IMG/VR virus record: IMGVR_UViG_3300035696_000018
Location: 42,776-106,775 of that record
Source of the DNA: a virus
Reading direction: 5' to 3' (one strand)
DNA: 64,000 bases
The notes beneath the pieces are model-generated. The model ran no database searches and was not told the origin of the DNA. It was given only the letters and a program-made list of their open reading frames with translations. This document shows, one piece after another, positions 50,220 to 58,558 of the stretch. Each line of letters starts with the position of its first letter. Position 1 is the stretch's first letter. The translations under genes and the position numbers were made by a program.

Positions 50220-50327
50220 ATAGCAAAGAAGACTTGGCAGCAATGTTCGAGGCACTTTTTCAGGAGAAAGAAGTGGTCAAAAAACCAGAGCCAGAACCAG
50301 CACCGGAGGAATGGGAAGAAACGGTGA

Positions 50328-51598
50328 GTCAAATACACACGACCCTAAAGGGTCGGTGCTTGCCTCTCACTGAGAGAGACGATTGGTGATTTGACTTTCA
50401 CCTGTCCATCAAGTGCGGAGCACGTAATGGAGTGTTTATTATACCGAAGTCCAATGTTGTTGGATGCGTTCAAGTCCGCATCCAAAACTTTTCCGTCAAT
50501 GGCATAATACCTACATCCTTTACGCTTTCCATTGTCAAGACCCCGATAGTCAAGTTGGCTGGTGTAGTGAGGACAAACGACTTCCACTCTCTTACCGAGA
50601 GCGAGTGCCTTGTAGGTCAATATGGTTTTAAGTTGGAAAAATGGGACTTGGGATAATCGGTTGTTGAACCTTTTACCTTTGTTCTGCTTTTTGATTTTGG
50701 ATAGGTCTTCCAATACCAATATGTTTGCGGAAGTTGTCAATAGGTCATTTACAATGTGATGTGTGTAGTTCTTTGAGAAATGATACTCTCTGCGTTTCAA
50801 CTTTTTGAGTTTAGTTCGGGCAGAGTGTGAAAGTTTGCCTTGAAGTTTGCGTTTGTTCCAACGTATCTTTCGCTTATGCTTATTGAAATCATTGCCTTTG
50901 ACGATGTTTCCTTCACTCGTGGCGATAAGACGTTTGAGACCTAAATCTATACCAATGGTCTTAGTTCCTTTGAGTGGTTTGGTGGTGTCATCAAAGACAA
51001 CCGATAGGAATACATTATCGTCTCTCACAAAGAGCGATGGGTCTTGGAGCGGGAACTTGTCAAATAGTTCATTGACCTTTTGATACTTGGAGAGTTTAGC
51101 AGTGATGCGTCCATCCATCGTAGTGAGTTTGATGGCGTCCTGTCCAATCCAAGTATAGATACGTTTATCAAGTTGGATGTTGAGGCGATTGGTTTTGACA
51201 GGTTCCTCAATCTTGTGATGATTAGCACGAATGGTCTTGTATTTGGAGATTACGTCCTGCTCTGCCTTGATTACGAACTGACTTGGAAGGGCGGGGAACT
51301 GCTTACGAACCAAGTCGTAGGAGCGTTGATGTAGTGGCATAATGCCATTACAGGTCTTCATTCCAAAGCGAATGGTGGATATAACGTTGAATACCTCCCG
51401 CTTCAAGGCGAGGGAGTTGATGAGGGACTGCTTATCCCCATCTTTCTCAAAAATCAACTTTATATTGTATGTTTTCATCTACTGACTAATATATATAGTG
51501 AGAAAGAAGAAATGTCAAAGAAAAAGTTATTATATTTTGATATGGCGTCGGTTCCTCCCCTACCCTAAAGGGATAGGGGTTTCCCCGCCGCACTGACT
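50328..51598 (-). mobile_element. IS200/IS605-family non-autonomous (tnpB-only) element
   Basis: Subterminal hairpins (CCCCTACCCTAAAGGGATAGGGG; CGACCCTAAAGGGTCG); inserted 3' of TCAT on the - strand; right end TTGAC; no target duplication. Confidence 0.85.
50345..51478 (-). CDS. tnpB: TnpB RNA-guided endonuclease
   Basis: RuvC motifs GIDLG, VLEDL, DADLNAS intact; zinc finger degenerate. Confidence 0.9.
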   Translation of the reverse strand: MKTYNIKLIFEKDGDKQSLINSLALKREVFNVISTIRFGMKTCNGIMPLHQRSYDLVRKQFPALPSQFVIKAEQDVISKYKTIRANHHKIEEPVKTNRLNIQLDKRIYTWIGQDAIKLTTMDGRITAKLSKYQKVNELFDKFPLQDPSLFVRDDNVFLSVVFDDTTKPLKGTKTIGIDLGLKRLIATSEGNIVKGNDFNKHKRKIRWNKRKLQGKLSHSARTKLKKLKRREYHFSKNYTHHIVNDLLTTSANILVLEDLSKIKKQNKGKRFNNRLSQVPFFQLKTILTYKALALGKRVEVVCPHYTSQLDYRGLDNGKRKGCRYYAIDGKVLDADLNASNNIGLRYNKHSITCSALDGQVKVKSPIVSLSERQAPTL

Positions 51599-51797
51599 AT
51601 GAAATCAACAATGCTCCCATCGGCACGAAGTTTCTGTTCCTCTACAAGCTGTTCAAGGAATCCGTCCGCTTCAAGTGGCACGACGAGATTTACCAAACTG
51701 ACGGAAGCCCCGTCGAAATAACAAACGTCGAGTATCTCGAACTTCTCGAAAAACTTCTCAAGCAGTTTGCCGAAAATGATGGGAAATTGAAGCCTAA

Positions 51798-52313
51798 ATG
51801 AGTGAGCACGTCAACATCGAGAACGACGAGATAACTGTCCCCTGGTATGCCATTCATGCTGACGGCAAGATATGCGGCTTCTTCGGTCCATTTCGTTTTC
51901 TGAGCAATTTCTACATGTTGGAGGATGGCGGTGTTTCTTTGGACGACGTTTACTATCCCTCGGTGGAACACGCTTATCAAGCTGCCAAATGGCCTCGCAA
52001 TTTGAGAGAGCAGTTCTTGGACATTACTCCTGGGAGAGCCAAGAAGCTTGGCAAAGAGGCTCCCAACTTCAATCAGAAGAAATGGGATAAAGCAAAAGTT
52101 TCGGTCATGTCCGCTCTATGCGGGCAGAAGTTTTGGAACAACTACAAAATGAAGCAAATGCTTCTGATGACCGAGGATGCTCACCTTGAGGAAAGGAACT
52201 CTTGGGGAGATACATTTTGGGGAGTGGATGTCAACGGAGTCGGGGAAAATAACCTCGGGAAAATTCTGATGCATATCCGCCACGACATAGCAACCAATCG
52301 AGAAACATTCTGA
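51798..52313 (+). CDS. NADAR (YbiA/DUF1768) family protein
   Basis: FLSNFY, YPSVEHAYQAAK, KF, LEE.N.WGD.FWG, GENNLGKILM. Confidence 0.9.
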   Translation: MSEHVNIENDEITVPWYAIHADGKICGFFGPFRFLSNFYMLEDGGVSLDDVYYPSVEHAYQAAKWPRNLREQFLDITPGRAKKLGKEAPNFNQKKWDKAKVSVMSALCGQKFWNNYKMKQMLLMTEDAHLEERNSWGDTFWGVDVNGVGENNLGKILMHIRHDIATNRETF

Positions 52314-52894
52314 TGAAACAATCACTGGAAATCACACTTGCCAAGCCTGACGTAACGGATAGGAACCTCTTTTTCTGCAAGACGGTCACGCCCGAAACAA
52401 TCGAAGACATCACCAAAGGAATCGTCAAAATCTGTGAAGAGGATACCCAAAATGAAAAGGTATATGCATTCCACGGATTTCCTTACAAACGACTTCCCAT
52501 CAAAATCTACATTGATTCCTACGGCGGAATGGTCTATCAGATGTTCGGTCTAATGTCAGTCATCGAAAAGAGTCCGACGCCTGTCCATACCATCGTCACG
52601 GGTGCCGCCATGAGTGCGGGATTCATGATTCTTATCTCGGGACACAGACGGTTTGCCTACGAGAATTCGACCCCAATGTATCACCAAGTCAGCGACTTGG
52701 CGTGGGGGAAAATAAACGAGTTGGAGAAACAAGTCATCGAGGGGAAACGTTTGCAGAAGATGATTGAGGACCATGTTCTGCGAAAGACAAGAATCACCAA
52801 GATGAAACTCGAAGAGATTTACAAGAGCCAAACGGATTGGTACATGACCGCCCGTGAAGCCAAGAAGATGGGTGTGGTGGACGAAATCATATGA
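52313..52894 (+). CDS. clpP: ClpP-like serine protease
   Basis: IYIDSYGG, AMSAG, MYHQ, DWYMTAREA..G.VD. Confidence 0.85.
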   Translation: MKQSLEITLAKPDVTDRNLFFCKTVTPETIEDITKGIVKICEEDTQNEKVYAFHGFPYKRLPIKIYIDSYGGMVYQMFGLMSVIEKSPTPVHTIVTGAAMSAGFMILISGHRRFAYENSTPMYHQVSDLAWGKINELEKQVIEGKRLQKMIEDHVLRKTRITKMKLEEIYKSQTDWYMTAREAKKMGVVDEII

Positions 52895-53244
52895 AGCTAC
52901 AAGTCAGAAGCAAATGTCGAGCACCGGGGGTTCCTAAGTGGGTTCCTCCCGAGAAAATCATGCGAAAATACCGCAAGAATGCGGTGGACCCGAAGAAGAT
53001 TCCATTCGTCAAATTCATGATTGTCGTCCCGACAGAAGACGACAAACGTCAACTTCAAGCGGGGTTTGAGTTCATTCATGATGGACCATTATTGGATGAT
53101 AACGATTTCATTGTCCTTAATCAAATCGCCCATTCCTATTTGGACCCCGAACGAGAATTGGGGTGTATGACCCCCATCGTAGTAAACCCAGAACTATACC
53201 AAACACTCTATGCCAAAGCAAATAAAGTTCTACAGAACAAATGA
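52891..53244 (+). CDS. Hypothetical protein
   Basis: 117-aa ORF, ATGA overlap. Confidence 0.5.
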   Translation: MKLQVRSKCRAPGVPKWVPPEKIMRKYRKNAVDPKKIPFVKFMIVVPTEDDKRQLQAGFEFIHDGPLLDDNDFIVLNQIAHSYLDPERELGCMTPIVVNPELYQTLYAKANKVLQNK

Positions 53245-53680
53245 AGTGCCCTACGGGCTTTTCAGCAACTTCGACACCAAGCACCCCATCACGATAGATG
53301 GAGTCAAATGGCCTACCACAGAGCACTATTTCCAAGCCCAAAAGTTTGCTGGAACTGGACACGTTGAAGCGGTGCGTCAAGCCCCCAAGCCCCGTGATGC
53401 GGCTGATATGGGCCGTGACCGTAGCCGACCCCTCCGTGCCGATTGGGAGCAAGTCAAAGACGATGTTATGCGGACTGCCGTTCGTGCCAAGTTCACTCAG
53501 CACGGGGATATGCTCGCCCTCTTGCTCAACACCGGCGATGCCGAACTAATCGAGCATACGACCAATGACAGTTATTGGGCGGATGGCGGCGATGGGTCAG
53601 GCAAGAATATGCTTGGCAAGATTTTGATGGAAATCCGTGAAGAACTCCGACCTGCTCCATGCGTAAACGCAACTTCCTAA
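53210..53680 (+). CDS. NADAR (YbiA) family protein, second copy
   Basis: FSNF, WPTTEHYFQAQKF, RADWE.VK, AKFTQH, LIEH..NDSYWADGGDGSGKNMLG. Confidence 0.92.
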   Translation: MPKQIKFYRTNEVPYGLFSNFDTKHPITIDGVKWPTTEHYFQAQKFAGTGHVEAVRQAPKPRDAADMGRDRSRPLRADWEQVKDDVMRTAVRAKFTQHGDMLALLLNTGDAELIEHTTNDSYWADGGDGSGKNMLGKILMEIREELRPAPCVNATS

Positions 53681-54264
53681 TAGCGGCGGTTCTTCATATC
53701 CTTATCATCTTCCCTCTTGTTTTCTTCGCATCCCGTGAAGGTATGCTTGGAAAGAAGATGCAGACGTTGACGGTGGTTTTGGTTCCAAAACCCAAGGTAG
53801 AAGAAGTCAAGCCTCGAACAGAACCTCCGAAGGTCGAAGTGCCAAAAGCGGCAATTCCGATGGAGCAACCCAAAGCTGTGCCTCAGACTGTACAAGCACC
53901 GTTGCCCGCTGCCGCTCCCGCCGTTGCCCCGCCGCCATCAGAAGTGCCCGCAATCAGTTTTTCTGACGGGGCTAAAGAAGTGCAATCAGTCACAGACCCG
54001 ATTCAGCTTTACAAAGCGTACATCGAATCGCATTTCAAGTCTCAATGGGAAACCCCTCAGTCTGATTACGAGACCATTGTCGAGATAAACATAACGCCCA
54101 AAGGCGAAGTATCCCCCGTGGGTATTGTATCCAATAACGGGGACAAAGAATGGACGAAATCGGTGACTGACGCATTGGCCAAGGTCAAAACCATGTCCAG
54201 ACCGCCGCCAAAAGGATTCCCAAATCACTTCCAAATAAGGTTTGACACAGCCGAAGGATTGTGA
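53659..54264 (+). CDS. TonB/TolA-like membrane-anchored protein
   Basis: N-terminal TM helix with His (AAVLHILII), Pro-rich linker, TonB-C-like W..P...I...G.V...W..SV..AL..PPP..F..RF. Confidence 0.7.
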   Translation: MRKRNFLIAAVLHILIIFPLVFFASREGMLGKKMQTLTVVLVPKPKVEEVKPRTEPPKVEVPKAAIPMEQPKAVPQTVQAPLPAAAPAVAPPPSEVPAISFSDGAKEVQSVTDPIQLYKAYIESHFKSQWETPQSDYETIVEINITPKGEVSPVGIVSNNGDKEWTKSVTDALAKVKTMSRPPPKGFPNHFQIRFDTAEGL

Positions 54265-54270
54265 TACCAT
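54242..54270 (+). promoter_or_regulatory. sigma70-like promoter
   Basis: TTGACA-17-TACCAT, 7 nt before ATG 54278. Confidence 0.55.
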
Positions 54271-54277
54271 ACTTACA

Positions 54278-54796
54278 ATGCAGACATTCCTACCATATCA
54301 AAACTTCCATCTGACCGCCGAAGTATTGGACCGAAAACGTCTTGGGAAGCAACGGGTAGAATGTCTCCAAATTCTTCGAGTGCTCAAGCAAGGCGAATGG
54401 ACTTGCCCGTCATGCCTCGGCCCCGTGACACACTTCAATAAGCATAAGACAGGATACCATTGCTATAACTGCGAGGCACCACTCAAACGCACGGCATGGT
54501 ATAACCATCCCGCTGTGCAGATGTGGAAAGGATATGAAACGGGTCTTATGATGTATCTCAACGAGATTTGCCAAGAATGGGTGCGTCTCGGTTACAAAGA
54601 TACCTGTTGGGAAAAGGCCATCGAAGTCGGATTCCGTCCACCCAATGTAGGCGAGACAACTCATTTGCCAGATTGGTTAGGCGACGAATCTTTCCACCTA
54701 TCTCACCAATCCAATCTACTCAGAAAATATCCAGAACACTACAGCCAATTCTTCATGGGCATTCCAAACGATTTGCCCTATGTATGGCCCAAATAA
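54278..54796 (+). CDS. Pyrimidine-dimer DNA glycosylase-like (DenV/MSMEG_6728 family) with Zn-ribbon insert
   Basis: MQTFLPY..LD.KRLGKQRVE..QIL; HPAV.MW.GY; P.WLG...H.SH.SNLLRK; LPYVWP. Confidence 0.8.
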   Translation: MQTFLPYQNFHLTAEVLDRKRLGKQRVECLQILRVLKQGEWTCPSCLGPVTHFNKHKTGYHCYNCEAPLKRTAWYNHPAVQMWKGYETGLMMYLNEICQEWVRLGYKDTCWEKAIEVGFRPPNVGETTHLPDWLGDESFHLSHQSNLLRKYPEHYSQFFMGIPNDLPYVWPK

Positions 54797-54798
54797 CT

Positions 54799-55176
54799 AT
54801 GGAAATCAAACACGTAAACGGAAAAAGCGTCGAAACAGATAAGCTTCCTGATGTGGATGCCATCTTGATGGAAGAAAGCCAAAAGCTGCACGCCATCTTC
54901 AAGAAATACAATCGCCAACTCTTCCTCGTCGGGGAAATGAAGAGCAGAGAGGATAGCAAAACCATCAATGGTTGCGTCTTTTTCCACGTTATGCCCGAAG
55001 ACCCCGAAGGGAAACCAGTGGACCCACAGGCGTACCAAAAGGCGTCGGGGTATTACTGGGGCCGTGTTGATGGCTACGTTCGTAGCATGACCAATCATCG
55101 CCTTGGTATCGGGGTTATCCCCCCGCCTCAAGTCGAGCCGTATCCTCCCGAGTATCAAAAACCAATAACCGAATGA
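54799..55176 (+). CDS. Hypothetical protein
   Basis: Start reassigned to the ATG just after the previous stop. Confidence 0.55.
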   Translation: MEIKHVNGKSVETDKLPDVDAILMEESQKLHAIFKKYNRQLFLVGEMKSREDSKTINGCVFFHVMPEDPEGKPVDPQAYQKASGYYWGRVDGYVRSMTNHRLGIGVIPPPQVEPYPPEYQKPITE

Positions 55177-55457
55177 CTTCTGCCGAAGCAATGCGACAGG
55201 CAAAGGACTCTATGTCCGATGCCGATTTGAAACGTTTCCGCCTAACGAGAGCGGAATGGGAAGAAGGTATTGATTGGCTTGCGGATTACTATGGCATCTA
55301 TCCTGATGCCGACCCAAGGAACAACGGAAAATATGAGTTACAGACCGATAACAGACATGTGGTTTTTGGCAAGGGCAAAATTGAAAGGTGGGAAAAAGTA
55401 TTACGGAGCGTACTTAGGGGGATTCCCCGAGCGTGCGAGAGCATTACTCGGATGTAA
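55173..55457 (+). CDS. Hypothetical protein (overlaps the next gene)
   Basis: ATGA overlap with the previous gene; 125-nt overlap with the MTase-like gene lowers confidence. Confidence 0.35.
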   Translation: MTSAEAMRQAKDSMSDADLKRFRLTRAEWEEGIDWLADYYGIYPDADPRNNGKYELQTDNRHVVFGKGKIERWEKVLRSVLRGIPRACESITRM

Positions 55458-55920
55458 GATTTCTGAACCAGTGCTTCATGTGTGCGGTGGGTGTGCCAAA
55501 GACTATCCTTATAAGCGAGCCTTCGGACCCAACGACAAGACGCTTGACCTTGACCCGGGAGTTCAACCGGATTTCCTCCAAGATGCACGAGAGGCTTTTC
55601 CGTGGTATAAACCATCACCGTTTAACGTTTTACAGGACGGAGTAGTATCGCCGTTGCCGGGAGAGCCGTGGTCAGGTATTCTTATTGACCCTCCGTACAC
55701 AGAGGCGGATGCGGCTCATTATGTACCGGGGATGGAAAAATATCCAAAACCCAATCAGTTGATTAAGAATGCGTTGGAAGTTCTTCCATCGGGAGGGCGT
55801 GTGGGACTTATACATTACATTCTTCCGAACCCGCAAGGTGCTATCTTCGTAGCAGCGGTGGGAATTCTATGCGGATTCAATAACCGCATCCGAGTGTATT
55901 CAGTTTTCGAGAAGCCCTAA
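55333..55920 (+). CDS. Small amino-methyltransferase-like protein
   Basis: VLHVCGG motif-I-like, DLDP..PD..DA, ILIDPPY motif IV. Confidence 0.65.
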   Translation: MSYRPITDMWFLARAKLKGGKKYYGAYLGGFPERARALLGCKISEPVLHVCGGCAKDYPYKRAFGPNDKTLDLDPGVQPDFLQDAREAFPWYKPSPFNVLQDGVVSPLPGEPWSGILIDPPYTEADAAHYVPGMEKYPKPNQLIKNALEVLPSGGRVGLIHYILPNPQGAIFVAAVGILCGFNNRIRVYSVFEKP

Positions 55921-56463
55921 TAGCTTCCATCCTCGAAGACCTTCGTAAACTCCTTTGGCTTTCTGACGCCTTCTGACGACAGAAAATAGATAGCCAAGCA
56001 GCTTCTTCTCGTCATCCGAAAGAATGGATATGTCAACACACTTTCCTCCGAAATTTTCGGGGAAAGGTTTGTTCACTTGCTTGTATATGCCCATTGCATG
56101 ACGCTTGCAAATGCCGTGGGACTTTCCAATTTGACGACCCCCGAGGATACCCTTGAATTCGTCTTGGCAATTAGCACACGGATTCATCATCGCTTGTTTG
56201 ATGATGTTTTTTCGGTCTTGCGGAAGAGACTTGAACTTTTGGATTACAGCCTGTTCTACACCGGGCTGTAGTTCGGCGGGTTTTGGCTTGGAAGCAAATT
56301 GCTTTTGGAGTTGAGCAACTCGCTCTGGGTCCATCGCTTCTTCCATCCAATCGCCCAGAACTTTGCCACATTGGGCACAGACTGCGTGAGGACCGCTTTG
56401 CTTGACGTTAACGTGGGTGCCACACTTGGAACAATATTCTTGTTCCCCTGTGCTCTCACTTAC
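55900..56463 (-). CDS. -1 frameshift extension of the upstream gene (or independent 148-aa ORF from 56346)
   Basis: Frame open 39 codons upstream of ATG 56346, encoding CSKC..CAQC; begins at the A-AAA-AAG slippery site. Confidence 0.6.
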   Translation of the reverse strand, partial: VSESTGEQEYCSKCGTHVNVKQSGPHAVCAQCGKVLGDWMEEAMDPERVAQLQKQFASKPKPAELQPGVEQAVIQKFKSLPQDRKNIIKQAMMNPCANCQDEFKGILGGRQIGKSHGICKRHAMGIYKQVNKPFPENFGGKCVDISILSDDEKKLLGYLFSVVRRRQKAKGVYEGLRGWKLLGLLEN

Positions 56464-57008
56464 TTTTTTTTTAAGAAGTCAACCTTTGGCATCATTGGCT
56501 TCGCCATCTTGCTCCCCGTCTTTTCAGAATCGGTTTCTTGGAGGGGTTGAGGACCGGGGACTTCTTTGAAGTCTTGGTTTGCACCTTTGTTGCCTTTGAG
56601 GTCGTAGTAACGTCCGAGGACGTGGCCGATGTCTTGGTAAGCTACACCAGCTTGTTGCATACGAGCGTATGTTTCCTTCACAATCTTCTGAAACTCGGAG
56701 ACACGCTTCTTGAGGTTCTGCATGTCTTTCTTCACGATTTCCTGTTGGAACCATTCTCCGCACTCATTGAGGGCGTAGGTTTCAGCAAGTTCGCACAGTT
56801 CCGTGATACCCTTGGCAGCGTTCATGAGGGCTTCCTCGTTCTTGAGGCACTCGCCAAAGTTCTCGTACATGGCTGATAGCTCCATCAGCTTTTTCTTTTG
56901 TTCGGAAGACATCTTTGGCGGTTGGGTGCCAAATCCGTCATTGGGGATGTCGGGCAACGCTTCCACTATGCGTTTCAAAGTGAGTTTTTGGGTCTTAGGT
57001 ACGCTCAT
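56460..57008 (-). CDS. Hypothetical late/head-associated protein
   Basis: TATTTATA 5 nt upstream of ATG on the - strand; KLTLKRIVE N-terminus; ..YQDIGHVLGRYYD. Confidence 0.7.
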   Translation of the reverse strand: MSVPKTQKLTLKRIVEALPDIPNDGFGTQPPKMSSEQKKKLMELSAMYENFGECLKNEEALMNAAKGITELCELAETYALNECGEWFQQEIVKKDMQNLKKRVSEFQKIVKETYARMQQAGVAYQDIGHVLGRYYDLKGNKGANQDFKEVPGPQPLQETDSEKTGSKMAKPMMPKVDFLKKK

Positions 57009-57041
57009 ACAGTTATAAATATAGTCCCGCAACGGGAAAGG

Positions 57042-57362
57042 TTAGATGTTTTTGTCAATGTCAGGCTGGGCATAGGTATCGAAAAAGTCAATAACTTCGT
57101 TGAAGTTTTTGAATCGCTTGACAGGCTTTTTTGGCTCTTCGATGTAGTAGTAGGTAGATTTCTTGCCCGAGGTCTCGTCGAGACTCTTCTTCTTGTAAAT
57201 CGTTATCTTGGGAGGCTTCTCCGTTTGAAGGTGGTGGTCGTCCTTGAACTTGAATCCCATCGTTACAAGATGGTCCACATCAGGCCAACGCCAATCATCA
57301 ATGTTGACAAGTCCGTCCTTGGCCTCTTGGTCAATGGTGTTTAACAGTTCGGTTAGCTTCAT
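57042..57362 (-). CDS. Hypothetical protein (possible internal head protein)
   Basis: MKLTELL N-terminus. Confidence 0.6.
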   Translation of the reverse strand: MKLTELLNTIDQEAKDGLVNIDDWRWPDVDHLVTMGFKFKDDHHLQTEKPPKITIYKKKSLDETSGKKSTYYYIEEPKKPVKRFKNFNEVIDFFDTYAQPDIDKNI

Positions 57363-57366
57363 ATGC

Positions 57367-58011
57367 TTATATATCAAGGGCGGCAACGAAATTCGATAGA
57401 ATGTCTGCACCCTGAGTCTCATCAACAAACGTCATTGACTTGGTGATTCGAATTGGGTCGTCCACTGTCATCTCGTCTTTGGAAGGGTCTTGCTCCTTCA
57501 AATCCTTCTCGCCTTCTTGACCCTTCGGTTTGCCTTCGTCTTCTGCACTCTCATGTTTGGTGAATGCGGTCCAACAGAACTGTCCACCTTCTCTCAGTTT
57601 TTTGATGACTGTGGTGTCGTTGTTTCCAAAGTCATCGGTGGTTTCATAGCGAACGAAAAATCTGTCTTGTTGTGTTGGGCGGGCTTCTCTGTAGTTTCCA
57701 ATGGCTTGGATTTCCTTCGGAGTCATTTCGATACCACGCTTCTGATTTACATAGCTATCGAAGTCGGCGTTAGTATCAAAAGTTTTGGCGATGACTTTTG
57801 GTTCGGTGTTATTGGCTACACCAGTTACACCTGTTCCAGTGAACTCGTCTTCGGCAACAAAGTTGTCGGGGTTTACGATGTCGGTTTCTCCACCGACATT
57901 ACCCGTATATTCTTCACGCATTTGGCGAAGTCCGATGAGAAGCTTCTGCTTCTGTTCTTCGCTCATTTTTGACTTAAGGGCTTTCAGACGATGGAATTGG
58001 TCAACGTTCAT
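57367..58011 (-). CDS. Hypothetical late protein
   Basis: TATTTATA 3 nt upstream on the - strand; MRE/LKE sites. Confidence 0.6.
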   Translation of the reverse strand: MNVDQFHRLKALKSKMSEEQKQKLLIGLRQMREEYTGNVGGETDIVNPDNFVAEDEFTGTGVTGVANNTEPKVIAKTFDTNADFDSYVNQKRGIEMTPKEIQAIGNYREARPTQQDRFFVRYETTDDFGNNDTTVIKKLREGGQFCWTAFTKHESAEDEGKPKGQEGEKDLKEQDPSKDEMTVDDPIRITKSMTFVDETQGADILSNFVAALDI

Positions 58012-58022
58012 GTGTATAAATA

Positions 58023-58376
58023 TTACCCCCGAAGGTAAAGAATGGCTTTTTCCAAGATAGCAGGGTCTTCAAAAAAGTGACCCAAACCTTTGTTGCAGTG
58101 ATGACAAAGCAACCCTCTCACTTTGTTTGTCTCATGGTCGTGGTCCACGGCAAGACTTCTTTTGAATTCCGATTGGTGTCTGTGGCATATTTTACAACAT
58201 CCGCCTTGTTCGGAAAACATTTGGTTGTAATGTTCAATCGTAATCCCATAGGTTTTAAGTAGAAAGTAGTTCTTCCTGTAATCTTTGTATCGGTCTCTGT
58301 TTTTTCTTGCCCACTCCGTCTGGTATCCTCTGTGGGATTCTCTCCACTTTCGCTGATATTCTTGGTGATTGTACAT
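58023..58376 (-). CDS. Endonuclease VII-family homing endonuclease
   Basis: YGIT...Q...CKIC...LAVDHDH..KVRGLLC..CN..LG. Confidence 0.88.
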   Translation of the reverse strand: MYNHQEYQRKWRESHRGYQTEWARKNRDRYKDYRKNYFLLKTYGITIEHYNQMFSEQGGCCKICHRHQSEFKRSLAVDHDHETNKVRGLLCHHCNKGLGHFFEDPAILEKAILYLRG

Positions 58377-58426
58377 GCCATTCTATAAATAGGCGACTTT
58401 TTTTGCATTTTTGAAAAAGAAGATAG

Positions 58427-58434
58427 TATTTATA
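58427..58434 (+). promoter_or_regulatory. Late-promoter-like TATTTATA (representative; divergent copy at 58384..58391)
   Basis: One of approx. 18 gene-oriented copies or variants upstream of structural and endonuclease genes. Confidence 0.7.
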
Positions 58435-58558
58435 TCTCAGAAATGCCGCATTTTCTATGCCGCCAATTGACCGATAAGGTCTCGTTCCACAAATAACCTT
58501 CATTGGACTTCTCAAAATAAGTTCAGGCAAAAAGCCAATACATAAGGAAACAACAACT

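Larger units (their letters stand above)
50216..51801 (+). pseudogene. 104-aa hypothetical gene split by the TnpB element (50216..50327 + 51599..51801)
   Basis: Removing 50328..51598 restores an ORF MNSKEDLAAM...EETV-NEINNAP...KLKPK* with ATGA overlaps on both neighbours. Confidence 0.8.

Noticed and set aside
50328-51598. IStron (self-splicing TnpB element)
   Set aside because: tnpB is antisense to the interrupted gene and there is no room for a group I intron core
56256-56459. 67-aa minus-strand GTG ORF directly after the 56460 stop
   Set aside because: No recognisable features; the overlapping -1 frame encoding a zinc finger is the better explanation
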